Part shown: piece after piece, positions 24,614 through 36,929 of the stretch | How positions within the stretch are numbered: the stretch's first letter is position 1 | Layout of the letters: each line of letters starts with the position of its first letter | From: Macrostomum lignano | Lineage: Eukaryota | Assembly: GCA_002269645.1 (NCBI GenBank) | Contig: NIVC01001953.1 | Coordinates: 124,001 to 188,000 of the forward strand | Direction of reading: 5' to 3' | DNA length: 64,000 bases | The notes under the pieces: model-generated | What the model saw: only the letters and a program-made list of their open reading frames with translations | What the model was told of the DNA's origin: nothing | The model's database searches: none | Program-made: the position numbers and the translations under genes

Positions 24614-27600
24614 CTAACAGCTGCAGCCGGAGGAAGATTGCTGCTCAAAGCCTTCGAGCCGGTTGCCTGCCGAGAGTTCAGCAATCGGGTTGGGTTTGGT
24701 TAACTGTGCGAGTGGCGAACTTGGGACAGAGTGAAACTGCGATAATAGGGCGGAAACTGGGAGATTATAAAGGAAATAGTGAGACAGGGAAGGGAGAGAA
24801 GGTGACGAGACAGGGGGGAGGGGGAGATGGTGAGACAGGAGAGGGAGAGGGAGATGGTGAGACAGGAGAGGGAGAGGGAGATGGTGAGACAGGAGAGGGA
24901 GAGGGAGATGGTGAGACAGGGGAGGGAGAGGGAGATGGTGAGACAGGGGAGATAGAGAGGTAGATAGTGAGACAGGAGAGGGAGAGGGAGATGGTGAGAC
25001 AGGGGAGGGAGAGGGAGATGGTGAGACAGGGGAGGGAGAGGGAGATGGTGAGACAGGGGAGGGAGAGGGAGATGGTGAGACAGGGGAGGGAGAGGGAGAT
25101 GGTGAGACAGGAGAGGGAGAGGGAGATGGTGAGACAGAAGAGGGAGAGGGAGATGGTGAGACAGAAGAGGGAGAGGGAGATGGTGAGACAGAAGAGGGAG
25201 AGGGAGATGGTGAGACAGAAGAGGGAGAGGCAGATGGTGAGACAGGAGAGGGAGGGAGATAGTCAGACAGGGGAGGGAGAGGTAGATAGTGAGACAGGAG
25301 AGGGAGAGGGAGATGGTGAGACAGGGGAGGGAGAGGGAGATGGTGAGACAGAGGAGATGGAGAGATAGATAGTGAGACAGGAAAGGGAGAGGGAGATGGT
25401 GAGACAGGGGAGATGGAGAGGTAGATAGTGAGACAGGAAAGGGAGAGGGAGATGGTGAGACAGGGGAGGGAGAGGGAGATGGTGAGACAGAGGAGATGGA
25501 GAGATAGATGGTGAGACAGGAGAGGGAGAGGGAGATGGTGAGACAGAAGAGGGAGAGGGAGATGGTGAGACAGGAGAGGGAGGGAGATAGTCAGACAGGG
25601 GAGGGAGAGGTAGATAGTGAGACAGGAGAGGGAGAGGGAGATGGTGAGACAGGGGAGGGAGAGGGAGATGGTGAGACAGGGGAGATGGAGAGGTAGATAG
25701 TGAGACAGGAAAGGGAGAGGGAGATGGTGAGACAGGGGAGGGAGATGGTGAGACAGGGGAGGGAGAGGGAGATGGTGAGACAGGGGAGGGAGAGGGAGAT
25801 GGTGAGACAGGAGAGGGAGAGGGAGATGGTGAGACAGGAGAGGGAGAGGGAGATGGTGAGACAGAAGAGGGAGAGGGAGATGGTGAGACAGGAGAGGGAG
25901 GGAGATAGTCAGACAGGGGAGGGAGAGGTAGATAGTCAGACAGGGGAGGGAGAGGGAGATGGTGAGACAGGGGAGGGAGATGGTGAGACAGGGGAGGGAG
26001 AGGGAGATGGTGAGACAGGGGAGGGAGAGGGAGATGGTGAGACAGGGGAGAGGTAGATAGTGAGACAGGGGAGGGAGATAGTGAGACAGGGGAGGGAGGG
26101 AGCAGTTATACAGAAGCAGAGCACATGGGATGCCATGAGGGCTCACCCGTGTTGTGCATCATGTTGGGGTCGCTGTCCAAGGACTCGGACATCTTCTCGC
26201 AGATGATGTCTACCAAGCGCTCGAACACGGCCTTGACGTTGATGTTCTCTTTGGCAGAGGTCTCAAAGAACTCTAGGCCTGAGGATTGCAAGTGTTGGAA
26301 TTGAGCAGTTGATTCCATAATTATAAATGCATTTTTAATTGCTGTACATTATACTTGCCATTTCCCTCCATAAGCACAGGTAAGTCGTGTATTTTTACAA
26401 CACCAAATTTGGGTAACAGTTTAAAAATTGGATAGAAAAAACTTAAAGCCACTGAAAGTTGTGCAGCTAAAAGATATTTTAGCAAGGAAAAATAGAAAGT
26501 TGCGCACACTTACGACATTGACTAAAATAGTAACGGTTGTGTCAGCAAAAAGGAATTTCTAGAGCTAAGCCTTGTAACATTAATGATTAATCAGGTAATT
26601 TTTTTATATAACCCTTTCTGAGTCTTCTTATTATTCCCTTTAATTATCGGGAAATTTGAAAACTGTTTTTTAAAACTTCTGATTAGTTGGTGAAAGGGAC
26701 AATGTTTTTTTAATAATCATAAGATACCCGTGCAAAAAAGGATAGCTTTTAATTTCAACATTTACTAGGCAGTTGCACAATGTACAATACTATAAACAAC
26801 AGGAATGCGGTAAACTAGGCAAATTAAAAGACGGTCACCAACTACAGTAAAACTATATTCCAAGGAAATAAATACACTTTGGATAATAAACGCTAAATGG
26901 CTGTACTTGAATACAGGTAGACAGAATGTAACGAATTCTTTCTCTTTGTACTAGATCATAACAAAGCATAATAACATTGGCTGATGAAAATGTTCTAAGC
27001 CGATAGCTATAATAAACTAGTGTGGATAGAAAGGGGCGGGGCTGATGGGTCGACCAGAGAGAATCGATAACAAAATCACCCACCCCACTCCTAAAACTAT
27101 AAATTTGGGCTACAGGGGGTAGAGAAGAAAGGGGTGGGGTTGATGAGCCGACAGAGAATCGATAGCAATCACCCACCCCACTATCCTAAAACTATAAAAC
27201 TGGGCTACAGGGGGTAGAGAAGAAAGGAGTGGGGGTTGATGAGCCGATCAGAGAATCGATAGCAATCACCCACCCAACTAGCCCAAAGCTATAAAACCGG
27301 ACTACAGTGGATAGAAAAGAAAGGTGGGGGTTGATGGGCCGACCAGAGAATCAATAACAATCACCCACCCCACTAGCCCAAAGCTATAAAACTTGGCTAT
27401 AGTGGATAGAAAAAAAGGGTGAGAGTTGAAATTCCGACCAAAGTTATTCAGCTTTGCAATGATTCGTAGACAAATTGAGAAGAACTGGCAGATGGGTTCG
27501 CTGCCTTTTGATCCGATTCGGACACAGCCATTGAACTACTATAAACGATCACAATGACACATTTTGCTACTTAAACAAGGTGGAACGCTATGGTTAAAAA

Positions 27601-30600
27601 ACTATTCGTTGAAAACGTTACGAGTTGGTCCAGAAATAGGGCAATTACCAAGCTGATCAGACAGCTGTTTTCCCCTCTCTGTGCTGACAACCCGCTCATC
27701 GTCCAAGTCGCACTTGTTGCCAACTAGGATCACTTGCGCATTGTCCCACGAATAAGTCTTTATCTGGGTGCACCTGTAGTGTTTCGTTATATTCAAGCGT
27801 GATTCTTGCGAATGCATACAAAAATTCAGAAAAGGCTTTTAAATAGTTGTTAACGTTTTAGGTCTAACGGTTAAAGAATTTTATAAACACACTTTAAACT
27901 GTATGAAGCATATATTGAAAGCAACTTTGACAGAACCCAGACCTTTATACATCAGCCTAACTATGGCCCCTAAAAAAATTTCAAAACAAGGTAAATAAAA
28001 CTGTTGAGCGAAGACAATTTGGCAACAAAAGGTAGCAGAAACGAGTGGACAAAGAAGAACAGAATTAGGAAAAGTATAGAAATCGCGAATGAATTGAAAT
28101 AAATACGTTTTGCACAACTCTAAATAGAGAACAAGACAGACGTAGTAAAGTGCACGCACTCCGTTGTCCAGTTAAGTTAAATTTCGTTCGGAATATCTTG
28201 TATGACGAATAAATACATCGATGACGTCCCATTAGTAGAAGAGCTCTCGTTTTAGCCGTTTTAGGATTAAAACAACACCTAAACTATAAAATTGACTCAA
28301 TATAACAACTTATTCCTGTGACTAAGTCACCACCATAGGCTACGTTTAGACTATGTGGCCCCGGCGCTTTTGTTGCTCCGCAGGTATATCATAATAATAG
28401 TGACGTCATAGAATCCATGCAGGTGAATGAATATTGTGACTAAAACTTCCACGACAGGGATAGACAAGCTGCCGCGGTAAATGCTAGCTCTTGCTTTTAA
28501 AACTTGTTCAGTCTTTCTACTAAAAGCAGCACTCTCTCCAGCAGCAGCAGCAGAGCAAGCAACAGCTAAAACGAACCCAATTCGCGAGCCAGTCTGGCTG
28601 CCCGCTCGGTGGACACAACCCGAGCGTCCTCTAAGTCGCTCTTGTTGCCAACTAGCACCACTTGCGAGTTGGACCAAGAGTGCGTCTGGATTGCCGTTAC
28701 CCTGCATGATTTTTATATTGTTGTCAGAGTACTGCCTTCTCGTCTTGACCGAATTATCTTACAAGACTCTCTCTTTATGGTATAAATATGCGTGACAAGC
28801 TGATAGTTTTACAAAACTTTAAAAACTGTATTGAAAAGTGACTTGTGTGTCAGTTGGTTAAAAACCCATACCCAGTACCACACTATGACCCACACAGAGG
28901 CAAACATCTGGTAAGCCTTTACCCAATTCGACACAGTTACGAGGGTGTCCAAAAAAAGTTTCCGAAATGTTTGCTCTAGTTCTAAGCTCAGTATCTTAAT
29001 TTTTTATTAAAAATTGACCATACTGCCCTAATGGGCAGATGTGCAACCGACAGCTCAGCCGCAGCTATTGCGCGGCGCATCTGAAGGCTGCGTACGACTG
29101 TTCAGTCCAAGAACTGGATGGGGGGGGGGGTCGCAACACACCCTGAATAACCCCAGCTAATGCTGGCACCCATTTTACAGCTGGGTGAACTGAAGCAATG
29201 CAGAGTTAAGTGTCTTGCTCAAGGACACAAATTGTTCCGAGTGGGATCTGGAATCGAACCCCCCGATTTCTTAGTCGTGACTCCAACGCTCTAACCACTA
29301 GGTTGAAACCCCCTATTATCTTAACCTTTGTGGTGTATTTTCTGACATCAATGCCTCCAGAGTCAGCGGAGTCAAGTTTTCGCCCTGCAGTCTGCAGGAT
29401 AGAGTTGGAGCCAAAATTGCTCAGCATCTTTTTCTCAAGCTGTAGTTTGAGCTTGCCGATTAGGATGCAATTTTGACTTGCGAATGCCACCATGACTGAC
29501 TAGCGGTGAATGCACTGTTCAGTTTCATTGTTTAATAGTTTTTTAGTATGTTTCAGTGTTCAGGTATTCAAGATACTGAGAGCAGGGGTCGACGAACTCC
29601 GGCCCGCCGGCCACATGCGACCCGCGAAGCCTCTCCCTCCGGCTCTCGGTTCCTTTGAAACTTTACAATAACAATCCGGCCCGCTCGAGGTTTGTGTCTC
29701 TTCTCAGCTCTCTTCTCTCTTTTCTTTCTTCTACTCTCCCCTCATATCTCATCTCGTCTCTTCTCTCCTATCATCTCCTTACCTTTCTTTTCTCTTCCCA
29801 TCTCTCTCCTTTCTTCTCCCCCCATTCCATCTCCAATTTTCACTCTCACCTGGCCCGCAGCAATGATCTAGATTCTGGCCCTTGAAGTAAAATGTTTGCC
29901 GACCCCTGAGCTAAAGCAAATATTCCAGGAACTTTTTGGGACACTCCTCGCATTTCAAAACCGAGTCCCATCCCACACGTGATCCCAAACCCGAAGCTAA
30001 AGGCCACATCCTACTCCAAACGCAATACCACACCTGCCAATACCATACCCAGTTGCACAACTAAACCCGCACAATTGGCGATGAGTCGATCAATATCAAA
30101 CAAAACCCGTTAGCAAAAACACGCAGTTCATATTTTAAATATGCTAAATAAAAAAATCAAACCAGGTCAAAATTCACCAGATCAGACTGAGCAGAGAGAG
30201 AGAGGGAGAAAGACACAATATCTACCGTATCTGCTGTACAAAAAAGTGCAAATGAATTTAAAATCGATTTTCGTTCCCAAAAACAGTCCACGCATACCGT
30301 AGTGCAGTGTTACTATGAATAGCAACACAACTTCGAACGTTCCAACGCATTCCACACCGTCAACTGATTCTTAAGTCTTTATGAAAAAATGGCCATTAAA
30401 ATGCGTAGGCGGTTTGTTGCGGAACAGCGTTAATGCAGATCTCTGTCTGTGCGCGTTTCTGAACACAGCTGGACCAGCAATTCTCATTTGTCAACTTGAA
30501 CATTGATATGGCATCAATAACAAAAAACCAGGAAGCCTCACTGACAGATTTGGATACTTTTTGACTGAAGACTTAAAATATCTTTCACATTGAAACTTTT

Positions 30601-32925
30601 ATTAATGGATGCCATGCATGCAACCCTGGCGCAATCGACCCACAGCCAGCGCTGACGGCAATTCTGACCATTACGCTGACTCCTGAGCACATACAGGATA
30701 GGAGAGAGGGGAGGTGAGGGGAGGAGAGGAGAGGAGAGGAGAGGAGAGGAGAGGAGAGGAGAGGAGAGGAGAGGAGAGGAGAGGAGAGGAGAGGAGAGGA
30801 GAGGTGAAGAGAGGAGAGGTGAAGAGAGGAGAGGTGAAGAGAGGAGAGGTATAGAGAGGAGAGGTGAGAAGAGGAAATATGAGGAGAAGAGGAGAGATGA
30901 GAAGAGGAAAGATGAGGAGAAGAGGAGAGATAAGAGGAAAGATGAGGAGAAGATTAGAGATGAGGAGAAGAGGATATGAGGAGAGGAGAGGAGAGGAGAG
31001 GATGTGAGGAGAGCAGAGGATATGAGGAGAGCAGAGGATGTGAGGAGAGCAGAGGATATGAGGAGAGCAGAGGATATGAGGAGAGCAGAGGATATGAGGA
31101 GAGCAGAGGATATGAGGAGAGCAGAGGATATGAGGAGAGGATAGGGGGAGGCGGAGAGGAGAAGAGATTGGATAAAACAATCAAAAAAACAAAAAGGCAC
31201 TTGAAAAAAAATTATTGGTACAAGTGGTACAAGGGCGCCACTACAATCCCCCCTAGTCCAATTTCCGCGCACACAAGCCCCAAATGAATGTGGCTGCACA
31301 CATCAAACCAAGGGATCGTGTCGCGAAAGTTAGACGCGTTTTCAGAGAGTCAGTGCACTCAGTAATGATGTCCTCTTTTAACCTGTTACTATGACCACAA
31401 CAAATCGAGTTATTTATAGCCATCGTACGCAACATCTTACAGTCACTTTAAACTTACCAGTCTTGTACAGCATTGAACGATTCCTCATTGGTGACATCGT
31501 ACATCAGAATGAAGCCCATTGCGCCACGGTAATAGGCGGTGGTGATTGTGCGGTAGCGCTCCTGGCCGGCGGTGTCCTTTGTTTGAAAAGTATAAAAATG
31601 CAGAAATAGAATAACAGAATTCAGCAGTAAGTCTGTCATAACAAAATGAATTGAGAGCTGAGAGTTTACAAAAATCGTAGAGACAAAAAACATTTAAAGA
31701 CATTTAAATACAGGAAGCAGTAGATACTCAGTCAATGATTGATTAATAACGTCAGTTAATATAATGTAAAGAACTGATATAGAAAGGAGGGGAAGCATGA
31801 GAAGAGAGAAAAAAGAAAAGGGAGTGTAGAGATGAGAAAGGGGAGAGAAGAGTAGAAAATATAGGGGAGAGTGAAGAAGATAAGATAAGAGGAGAGGAGA
31901 GGAGAGGAGAGAGGAGAGGATATGAGAGGAGAGGGGAGAAGAGAATATGCGAGAAGAGGGGAGGAAAGGAGAGGAGAGGATATGAGAGGAGAGGGGAGGA
32001 AAGGAGAGGAGAGGATATGCGAGAAGAGGGGAGGAAAGGAGAGGAGAGGATATGAGAGGAGAGGAGAGGATATGAGAGGAGAAGGGGAGGAGAGGATATG
32101 CGAGAAGAGGGGAGGAAAGGAGAGGAGAGGATATGAGAGGAGAGGGGAGGAAAGGAGAGGAGAAGAGAGGAGAGGATATGAGAGGAGAAGGGGAGGAGAG
32201 GATATGCGAGAAGAGGGGAGGAAAGGAGAGGAGATGATATGAGAGGTGAAGGGAGGAAAGGAGAGGAGAGGGGAGGAGAGGATAAGAGGAGAAAATATGA
32301 GACGAGAGCATAGGGGAGGCGGAGGGTAGAAGAAGTCGGTAAAAATAATCAAGAAGCTAAAAAAGCACTTTGAAAAAATATTCACTCCAGTGGAAGTGGA
32401 TCAGAACATCGATGTCCAACTTACATAAGAACATTATCAAGTACTGTTAAAACTGACAGGTAGTGTAAACACCTTAATTACAGGCTGTGCCAATATTATA
32501 GGCCTAGGAGGTACAGATTGGAACAAGGGACAGCAGTCGCAGGCAAAAGAGGGTAAAAGAGAGCAGTCGAGCTTGCTGCAGAGTCAGCTCAAAGCGACCC
32601 CGGGTAATACGATACCCAGGGGGAGCGGGAGCGAGAAAAGGCACCGGGCTCAGTAATGGGACGGGAAATGTGGGAAAATGAGGGTTGTGTGCACTGAGAG
32701 AGGAAAATGGGGAGCAGGGGGGCACAGCATTTATCCTCCTGCACACGTAGCTTTAGCAAAGGGTGCGGGAGGATTCCCAGGATTGTCGGCGAGTGATGAG
32801 GCCGGGGAAGCTGGACAAAAAAGAGAGATGTGGAGCGGACCATCCTCAAATAGCTGCGGGCAGGCTAGATGCGCCTGGAAATTGGGAAATAAGCCCAATG
32901 CTGGAAAAGAAAAGGGAAAGGGATA

Positions 32926-32975
<50 letters not shown>

Positions 32976-35187
32976 CCTCCCGCTCCTACTGATTGGGAAT
33001 TAGTCCGGGCCACAGACTCACACATATTATGCTCGCGGAGAGCCTGAATATGGGTAGCTCAGCTGTCGCTAATTACCATACCATTCCAAACTATGCCATT
33101 CTAACCCATACCATTCCAAACTATGCCATTCTAACCCATACCATTCCAAACTATGCCATTCTAACCCATACCATTCCAAACTATGCCATTCTAACCCATA
33201 CCATTCCAAACTATGCCATTCTAACCCATACCATACCATTCCAAACTATGCCATTCTAACCCATACCATACCATTCCAAACTATGCCATACTAACCCATA
33301 CCATACCATACCAGGGCCACTCTCCCAATTCCCTTCAAAGTGACAGCTGACACACAAGGCACACAAAAATGGTATTAGAGAAGGTACAACGAACCTTTTT
33401 TGGACTTACCGTTATACTCCAATAGCCTATTGTCTCCCCCTATTTCTCTCCCCTACCCTCTCTGCGGATCTCGCACAGCAGCTGTGATCGGCACATGGTC
33501 TTGACCACGCATGGCGAGAGCACTCAGCCAACACACCCACCTCCACGTCGGCCGAATGCTGCTCTGTTTGCTGCATAACTACTCTAGTAACCCTACTGAC
33601 AGTGGAAAGCATGGCGTTAACAGTTGCTGTGCACTTTATCTCTTTCTCTCTCTCCCCCTCTCAGTCAAAAAAAGGAATTCGCTTTGCTCAGCACAAGGTG
33701 GGGGAGGAGTGGAGAACAAAAATGCGCGGAAGAGAGAAAGCAAAACTTCTGGGTTAGGGAAAAGTTTGGGAAAAAAATTGAGGAAATTAATCGGCGAGTA
33801 AAATGACGCGGAGAAAAGAATTTGCACTTATCCGTTTTCAAGCACATTTAAAACAGCATTCTGATCCCAGGATTCAAAATCCTGACATTGGATACAAAAT
33901 CCTGACATGGGATTCAAAATCCTGACATTGGATACAAAATTCTGACATGGGATTCAAAATCCTGATCCCCGGATTCAAAATCCTGACATGGGATCCAAAA
34001 CCCTGACATGGGATATTCAAAACCCTGACATGGGACTCAAAACTCTGACATGGGATTTAAAATCCTGACATGGGATATTCAAAATCCTGACAAGGGATTC
34101 AAAACCCTGACATGGGATTCAAAATCCTGACATGGGATTCAAAATCCTGACATGGGATTCAAAACCCTGACATGGGATTCAAAACCCTGACATGGGATTC
34201 AAAATCCTGACATGGGATATTCAAAATCCTGACATGGGATATTCAAAATCCTGACATGGGATATTCAAAATCCTGACATGGGATTCAAAACCCTGACATG
34301 GGATATCCAAAACCCTGGCATGGAATATCCAAAACCCTGACATGGGATCCAAAACCCTGACATGGGATATTCAAAATCCTGACATGGGATATCCAAAACC
34401 CTGACATGGGATTCAAAATCCTGACATGGGATCGATCCAAAACCCTGACATGGGATCCAAAATCCTGACATGGGATATTCAAAATCCTGACATGGGATCG
34501 AAAACCCTGATATGGGATATTCAAAATCCTGACATGGGATATTCAAAATCCTGACATGGGATCCAAAACCCTGATATGGGATATTCAAAATCCTGACATG
34601 GGATATTCAAAATCCTGACAAGGGATTCAAAACCCTGACATGGGATTCAAAATCCTGACATGGGATATTCGAAATCCTGACATGGGAGATTCAAAATCCT
34701 GACATGGGATTCAAAACCCTGACATGGGATATCCAAAACCCTGGCATGGAATATCCAAAACCCTGACATGGGATCCAAAACCCTGACATGGGATATTCAA
34801 AATCCTGACATGGGATCCAAAACCCTGACATGGGATCCAAAACCCTGACATGGGATATTCAAAATCCTGACATGGGATATCCAAAACCCTGACATGGGAT
34901 TTAAAATCCTGACATGGGATCGATCCAAAACCCTGACATGGATTTTGATGACAGTTTCCCAACAGTCCCCGATCCGCACTCACCCAGATCTGCAGTTTGA
35001 CGCGCTTATCCTGTCTGAAAACGGTCTTCACTTTGAAGTCGATACCAACAGTGGACACGAAGGCGGATGTGAAGGAGTCGTCAGCATACCGGAACAGGAA
35101 GGAGGTCTTGCCAACAGATGAGTTGCCAATAATTAACAGTTTGAACATGTAGTCAAAGTTCTGATCGGCTGCATCGCGACTGCCCAT
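24614..35187 (-). CDS. RAB3: Rab3 GTPase; coding exons 35187-34984, 31576-31458, [28701-28577 OR 27773-27649], 26278-26147, 24666-24614; 210 aa
   Basis: The protein is near-identical to Rab3: [78 protein letters not shown] and [32 protein letters not shown], ending in CSC. All junctions are GT-AG and the total is 633 nt. Confidence 0.95.
24780..26100. repeat. 27-bp purine-rich minisatellite (GGTGAGACAGGGGAGGGAGAGGGAGAT) in the last Rab3 intron
   Basis: Tandem array. Confidence 0.95.
27005..27440. repeat. ~95-97-bp tandem repeat, about 4 copies
   Basis: The motif GAATCGATAGCAATCACCCACCCC recurs at about 27061, 27156, 27253 and 27348. Confidence 0.85.
27649..27773 (-). CDS. RAB3: Rab3 alternative exon 3b (canonical): (W)[41 protein letters not shown](G)
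   Basis: 125 nt, flanked by ACTACAG|G and G|GTAATT. Confidence 0.93.
28577..28701 (-). CDS. RAB3: Rab3 alternative exon 3a (divergent duplicate): (W)[41 protein letters not shown](G)
   Basis: 125 nt, flanked by ATGCAG|G and G|GTTCGT. Length and phases are the same as exon 3b and the frame is open. Confidence 0.8.
29023..29313 (-). mobile_element. tRNA-derived SINE, family A, with a CORE/Meta-like central domain
   Basis: On the minus strand there is an A-box TAGTGGTTAGAGC and a B-box GGTTCGATTCC, then GTGTCCTTGAGCAAGACACTTAACTC...TGCTTCAGTTCACCCAGCTGTAAAATGGG, which resembles the CORE-SINE domain. The 3' half is repeated at 7885-8015. Confidence 0.8.
29583..29908. mobile_element. 326-bp hAT (Charlie-type) MITE
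   Basis: TIRs CAGGGGTCGACGAAC and GTTTGCCGACCCCTG with GGCCCG subterminal motifs. The 8-bp flanks are only half-matching (ACTGAGAG versus AGCTAAAG). Confidence 0.7.
30700..31210. repeat. GA-rich array with a unique tail shared with 31860-32380
   Basis: (GAGGA)n followed by ATAGGGGGAGGCGGAG...AATCAA...AAAAGGCACTTGAAAAAA. Confidence 0.85.
31860..32380. repeat. GA-rich array with a unique tail shared with 30700-31210
   Basis: (GAGGA)n followed by ATAGGGGAGGCGGAG...AATCAA...AAAAAGCACTTTGAAAAAA. Confidence 0.85.
32927..32972. repeat. (GA)n microsatellite
   Basis: Directly visible. Confidence 0.95.
33075..33310. repeat. 30-bp minisatellite (CCATACCATTCCAAACTATGCCATTCTAAC)
   Basis: Tandem array. 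Confidence 0.95.
33870..34945. repeat. 20-22-bp minisatellite (AAAATCCTGACATGGGATTC) in Rab3 intron 1
   Basis: Tandem array. Confidence 0.95.
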
Positions 35188-35392
35188 CTTTATTAATTGT
35201 TTGCTTGCTTTAAATCGCTAGCCCGAGTTTATTAACTAATTAAGCAGGTAGGCAAGTTTTAATTGCAGCGCGGTATTACCAGTGCCACTCTGAAATTGAC
35301 AGGGAGTAAAGATATATGCGCTGGCAAAACGCATTTTACATCTTAGTCACATTAGTTATAGTGATCATGATTACTGAAGTGTGTGACAAAAA

Positions 35393-36670
35393 GTCTGAGA
35401 ACTGGGATGACAGCTGGTAGCACAGTCTGAGAACTGGGATGACAACTGGTAGCACAGTCTGAGAACTGGGATGACAACTGGTTGCACAGTCTGAGAACTG
35501 GGATAACAACTGGTTGCACAGTCTGAGAACTGGGATGACAACTGGTAGCACAGCCTGAGAACTGGGATGACAACTGGTAGCACAGCCTGAGAACTGGGAT
35601 AACAACTGGTTGCACAGCCTGAGAACTGGGATGACAACTGGTAGCACAGCCTGAGAACTGGGATGACAACTGGTAGCACAGTCTGAGAACTGGGATGACA
35701 ACTGGTAGCACAGCCTGAGAACTGGGATGACAGCTGGTAGCACAGCCTGAGAACTGGGATGACAGCTGGCAGCACTGGGAAAACTCAAGAGCTGACAGCA
35801 CAGTCTGAGAACTGGGATGACAACTGGTAGCACAGCCTGAGAACTGGGACAACTCGAGAGCTGACAGCACAGCCTGAGAACTGGGAAAACTCGAGAGCTG
35901 ACAGCACAGCCTGAGAACTGGGAAAACTCGAGAGCTGACAGCACAGCCTGAGAACTGGGAAAACTCGAGAGCTGACAGCACAGCCTGAGAACTGGGAAAA
36001 CTCAAGAGCTGACAGCACAGTCTGAGAACTGGGATGACAACTGGTAGCACAGCCTGAGAACTGGGAAAACTCGAGAGCTGACAGCACAGCCTGAGAACTG
36101 GGAAAACTCAAGAGCTGACAGCACAGTCTGAGAACTGGGATGACAACTGGTAGCATAGCCTGAGAACTGGGAAAACTCGAGAGCTGACAGCACAGCCTGA
36201 GAACTGGGAAAACTCAAGAGCTGACAGCACAGTCTGAGAACTGGGATGACAACTGGTAGCACAGCCTGAGAACTGGGAAAACTCGAGAGCTGACAGCACC
36301 ACCTGAGAACTGGGAAAACTCGAGAGCTGACAGCACAACCTGAGAACTGGGAAAACTCGAGAGCTGACAGCACAACCTGAGAACTGGGACAACTCGAGAG
36401 CTGACAGCACAACCTGAGAACTGGGACAACTCGAGAGCTGACAACACAACCTGAGAACTGGGAAAACTCGAGAGCTGACAGCACCACCTGAGAACTGGGA
36501 AAACTCGAGAGCTGACAGCACCACCTGAGAACTGGGAAAACTCGAGAGCTGACAGCACAACCTGAGAACTGGGACAACTCGAGAGCTGACAGCACAGCCT
36601 GAGAACTGGGAAAACTCAAGAGCTGCATGACAGCACCACCTGAGAACTGGGAAAACTCGAGAGCTGACAA
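35393..36670. repeat. Bipartite 32/37-bp minisatellite with shared core CACAGCCTGAGAACTGGG
   Basis: Two unit types, ...ATGACAACTGGTAG and ...AAAACTCGAGAGCTGACAG. Confidence 0.95.
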
Positions 36671-36929
36671 CCCAGCAACCCATACTTAAAAGCCAGAAAG
36701 ACTGCAGTAATAAAAGCCTTAGTCAAAAGACATTCTCTTTTATTAGAAGCGATGCAACGCACAGACGGCATATTAGATCGATTCGGTGGCAGCGAGAAAA
36801 GTAAAAGCCGAAAGCGAGCAGTTCCTCAAGTCTCTCCCTCTTTTGAGTCTGACTCTGCACTCCGCTATCTCAAAAGTGAACCTCAATCAAGCCGATTCAA
36901 CTTCTATCCCGAGACCCAACCCTGCGAGA

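Larger units (their letters stand above)
28940..29950. mobile_element. Tc1/mariner-like non-autonomous element hosting nested insertions
   Basis: Imperfect TIRs CGAGGGTGTCCAAAAAAAGTTTCC (28940) and GGAACTTTTTGGGACACTCCTCG (ending 29950). TA lies on the left flank and CA on the right. Confidence 0.5.

Noticed and set aside
24614-26146. 510-aa minus-strand ORF ending in CSC
   Set aside because: Only the last 53 nt are the Rab3 terminal exon. The rest is the 27-bp intronic array.
30538-30684. Possible alternative terminal exon of Rab3 (CTCAG|G AGT CAG... with a nearby AATAAA)
   Set aside because: It is phase-compatible but shows no Rab similarity and would truncate the GTPase. There is no independent support.
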